From Takakia lepidozioides (taxonomy: Eukaryota; Plantae; Bryophyta): DNA of 64,000 nt. The stretch covers positions 25,420,001 through 25,484,000 of the forward strand of contig CM060734.1 in NCBI GenBank assembly GCA_030704615.1. The letters are read 5' to 3'. Shown in pieces: positions 61,301 through 64,000 of the stretch. Positions within the stretch are counted from its first letter, which is position 1. The number at the start of each line of letters is the position of its first letter. Both the position numbers and the translations under genes were made by a program. Under the pieces are notes generated by a model. That model saw nothing but the letters and a program-made list of their open reading frames with translations. It made no database searches and was not told the DNA's origin.

Positions 61301-64000
61301 AAATCATTTTTGTTTCCTTTCAAGCTTTGCCAGTACGTTTGGTACACCCTCTCACAGGTCCCGCATTAATATGAGATGAAACGAAAATTTATTCAATGGC
61401 TCAACGAATGGTTGCCCATCGAAATGGTTTGGTTCGCTTTGAGACTTGGCCAGTATGTTGAATGTACCATGTAAGAGGTCCCAGAGTAATATGAGATGAA
61501 ACAAAAATCGTTCAATGGGCCAACAGATGGTTGCCCATCGAAATGATTTTCGTTCGCGTTGAGACTTGGCCAGTATGTTCAATGTACCATCTGATAGGTC
61601 CCAGAGTAATATGAGATCCAATGAAATTCGTTCGATGGGCCAATGAGGCGTTCACCTGTCATCCGATTTTGTTCATTGGGAAAAAGAAATGTTGTCATTG
61701 GTGAAAGGCTATTGCACCCATTGAACAGATGAGGTTGAGGCCCATCTTTTGCTCGCATGTGCTTGAACATGTGTGCAACACATGTGAGGAGATACAACAG
61801 AAGAAAAAAAATCATTTGCCTCCGCAGGGACGCGCTCACCCCTCAACCAATTCGAGAATTTAATTGAATTTAAATGAATTTGAAGCAAATAATTAGGTTT
61901 CCACTGCTTTTGATTGGGGATTTCTGCTACGTATCGATTTTATTTTTGGCTCAATTTTGTTGTGCGGCTTCAAGCCTCCCACCGCTACATCCCTGCAAAA
62001 CTTTGGACCAAACAAAATAAAAAAGAAATGTTCTCTTCGCTCATTATTGCAAAACTCTCTATGAAGACTGCATGTAATAGAACGCAAATCAAGTTTGAAG
62101 TGCAAAACAGGGAAGAAACTGTGGTTTTGGGTCCAATTGAATTTTGTTCACTCCCAAATTTGGCACGCACGTAACATATATTGTCGTTACACATACGGTT
62201 CAAAAATAGAATGGAAAAAAAATCATGTGCACGCGAGACGCAGTTCAACAGGTCCCACAGTAATAGCAGATGAACCAGAATTCATCGAATGGGTCAACGG
62301 ATGGTTGCCTATCCAAATCATTTTTGTTTCCTTTCAAGCTTTGCCAGTACGTTTGGTACACCCTCTCACAGGTCCCGCATTAATATGAGATGAAACGAAA
62401 ATTTATTCAATGGCTCAACGAATGGTTGCCCATCGAAATGGTTTTGGTTCGCTTTGAGACTTGGCCAGTATGTTGAATGTACCATGTAAGAGGTCCCAGA
62501 GTAATATGAGATGAAACAAAAATCGTTCAATGGGCCAACAGATGGTTGCCCATCGAAATGATTTTCGTTCGCGTTGAGACTTGGCCAGTATGTTCAATGT
62601 ACCATCTGATAGGTCCCAGAGTAATATGAGATCCAATGAAATTCGTTCGATGGGCCAATGAGGCGTTCACCTGTCATCCAATTTTGTTCATTGGGAAAAA
62701 GAAATGTTGTCATTGGTGAAAGGCTATTGCACCCATTGAACAGATGAGGTTGAGGCCCATCTTTTGCTCGCATGTGCTTGAACATGTGTGCAACACATGT
62801 GAGGAGATACAACAGAAGAAAAAAAATCATTTGCCTCCGCAGGGACGCGCTCACCCCTCAACCAATTCGAGAATTTAATTGAATTTAAATGAATTTGAAG
62901 CAAATAATTAGGTTTCCACTGCTTTTGATCGGGGATTTCTGCTACGTATCGATTTTATTTTTGGCTCAATTTTGTTGTGCGGCTTCAAGCCTCCCACCGC
63001 TACATCCCTGCAAAACTTTGGACCAAACAAAATTGAAAACAAAATAAAAAAGAAATGTTCTCTTCGCTCACTATTGCAAAACTCTCTATGAAGACTGCAT
63101 GTAATAGAACGCAAATCAAGTTTGAAGTGCAAAACAGGGAAGAAACTGTGGTTTTGGGTCCAATTGAATTTTGTTCACTCCCAAATTTGGCACGCACGTA
63201 ACATATGTTGTCGTTACACATACGGTTCAAAAATAGAATGGAAAAAAAATCATGTGCACGCGAGACGCAGTTCAACAGGTCCCACAGTAATAGCAGATGA
63301 ACCAGAATTCATTGAATGGGTCAACGGATGGTTGCCTATCCAAATCATTTTTGTTTCCTTTCAAGCTTTGCCAGTATGTTTGGTACACCCTCTCACAGGT
63401 CCCGCATTAATATGAGATGAAACGAAATTTATTCAATGGCTCAACGAATGGTTGCCCATCGAAATGGTTTTGGTTCGCTTTGAGACTTGGCCAGTATGTT
63501 GAATGTACCATGTAAGAGGTCCCAGAGTAATATGAGATGAAACAAAAATCGTTCAATGGGCCAACAGATGGTTGCCCATCGAAATGATTTTTGTCCGCGT
63601 TGAGACTTGGCCAGTATGTTCAATGTACCATCTGATAGGTCCCAGAGTAATATGAGATCCAATGAAATTCGTTCGATGGGCCAATGAGGCGTTCACCTGT
63701 CATCCAATTTTGTTCATTGGGAAAAAGAAATGTTGTCATTGGTGAAAGGCTATTGCACCCATTGAACAGATGAGGTTGAGGCCCATCTTTTGCTCGCATG
63801 TGCTTGAACATGTGTGCAACACATGTGAGGAGATACAACAGAAGAAAAAAATCATTTGCCTCCGCAGGGACGCGCTCACCCCTCAACCAATTCGAGAATT
63901 TAATTGAATTTAAATGAATTTGAAGCAAATAATTAGGTTTCCACTGCTTTTGATTGGGGATTTCTGCTACGTATCAATTTTATTTTTGGCTCAATTTTGT
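46310..64000 (+). repeat. ~1016-bp higher-order tandem repeat, ~17.5 copies, runs to the window end
   Basis: The landmark atgaatttgaagcaaataattagg appears at 46628, 47646, 48672, 49690, 50709, 51723, 52743, 53754, 54768, 55788, 56800, 57813, 58828, 59844, 60860, 61874, 62889 and 63914. Each unit contains about three 120-bp subrepeats. Confidence 0.98.

Noticed and set aside
46343-63928. The many short repeated ORFs in the 1-kb array as genes
   Set aside because: Frames shift between units at homopolymers and no domains are recognisable; they are by-products of the repeat.
43090-64000. CRISPR-like repeat-spacer array
   Set aside because: Monomers are homologous along their whole length, with no unique spacers and no cas-like genes; the context is eukaryotic.

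Overview
Eukaryotic, intron-containing land-plant DNA (class II KNOX, root-cap/LEA, TBCE and chromovirus sequences; a non-seed plant is an inference only), dominated by transposable elements and ending in a large tandem array. In order: (1) ~1-7742, a decayed Ty3/gypsy element whose single gag-protease reading frame continues into a C5 DNA cytosine methyltransferase domain just before the RT. This is the most unusual item. (2) A root-cap/LEA gene 3' fragment. (3) A spliced YciI-like gene on the minus strand with a tRNA-like element in an intron. (4) Two non-autonomous hAT elements with 8-bp TSDs. (5) A chromovirus LTR element with both LTRs, TG..TA termini and the RT core deleted. (6) A ~15-exon tubulin-folding cofactor E gene (19504-33491) with disabling lesions; its first intron holds a class II KNOX exon and a CRE-type (RT + restriction-like endonuclease) non-LTR element. 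(7) A spliced IS3EU-type DDE transposase. (8) A ~120-bp degenerate satellite followed by a ~1016-bp higher-order repeat (~18 copies, to the window end) built partly from the same monomer. All protein assignments come from motif recognition by eye, not from database searches.
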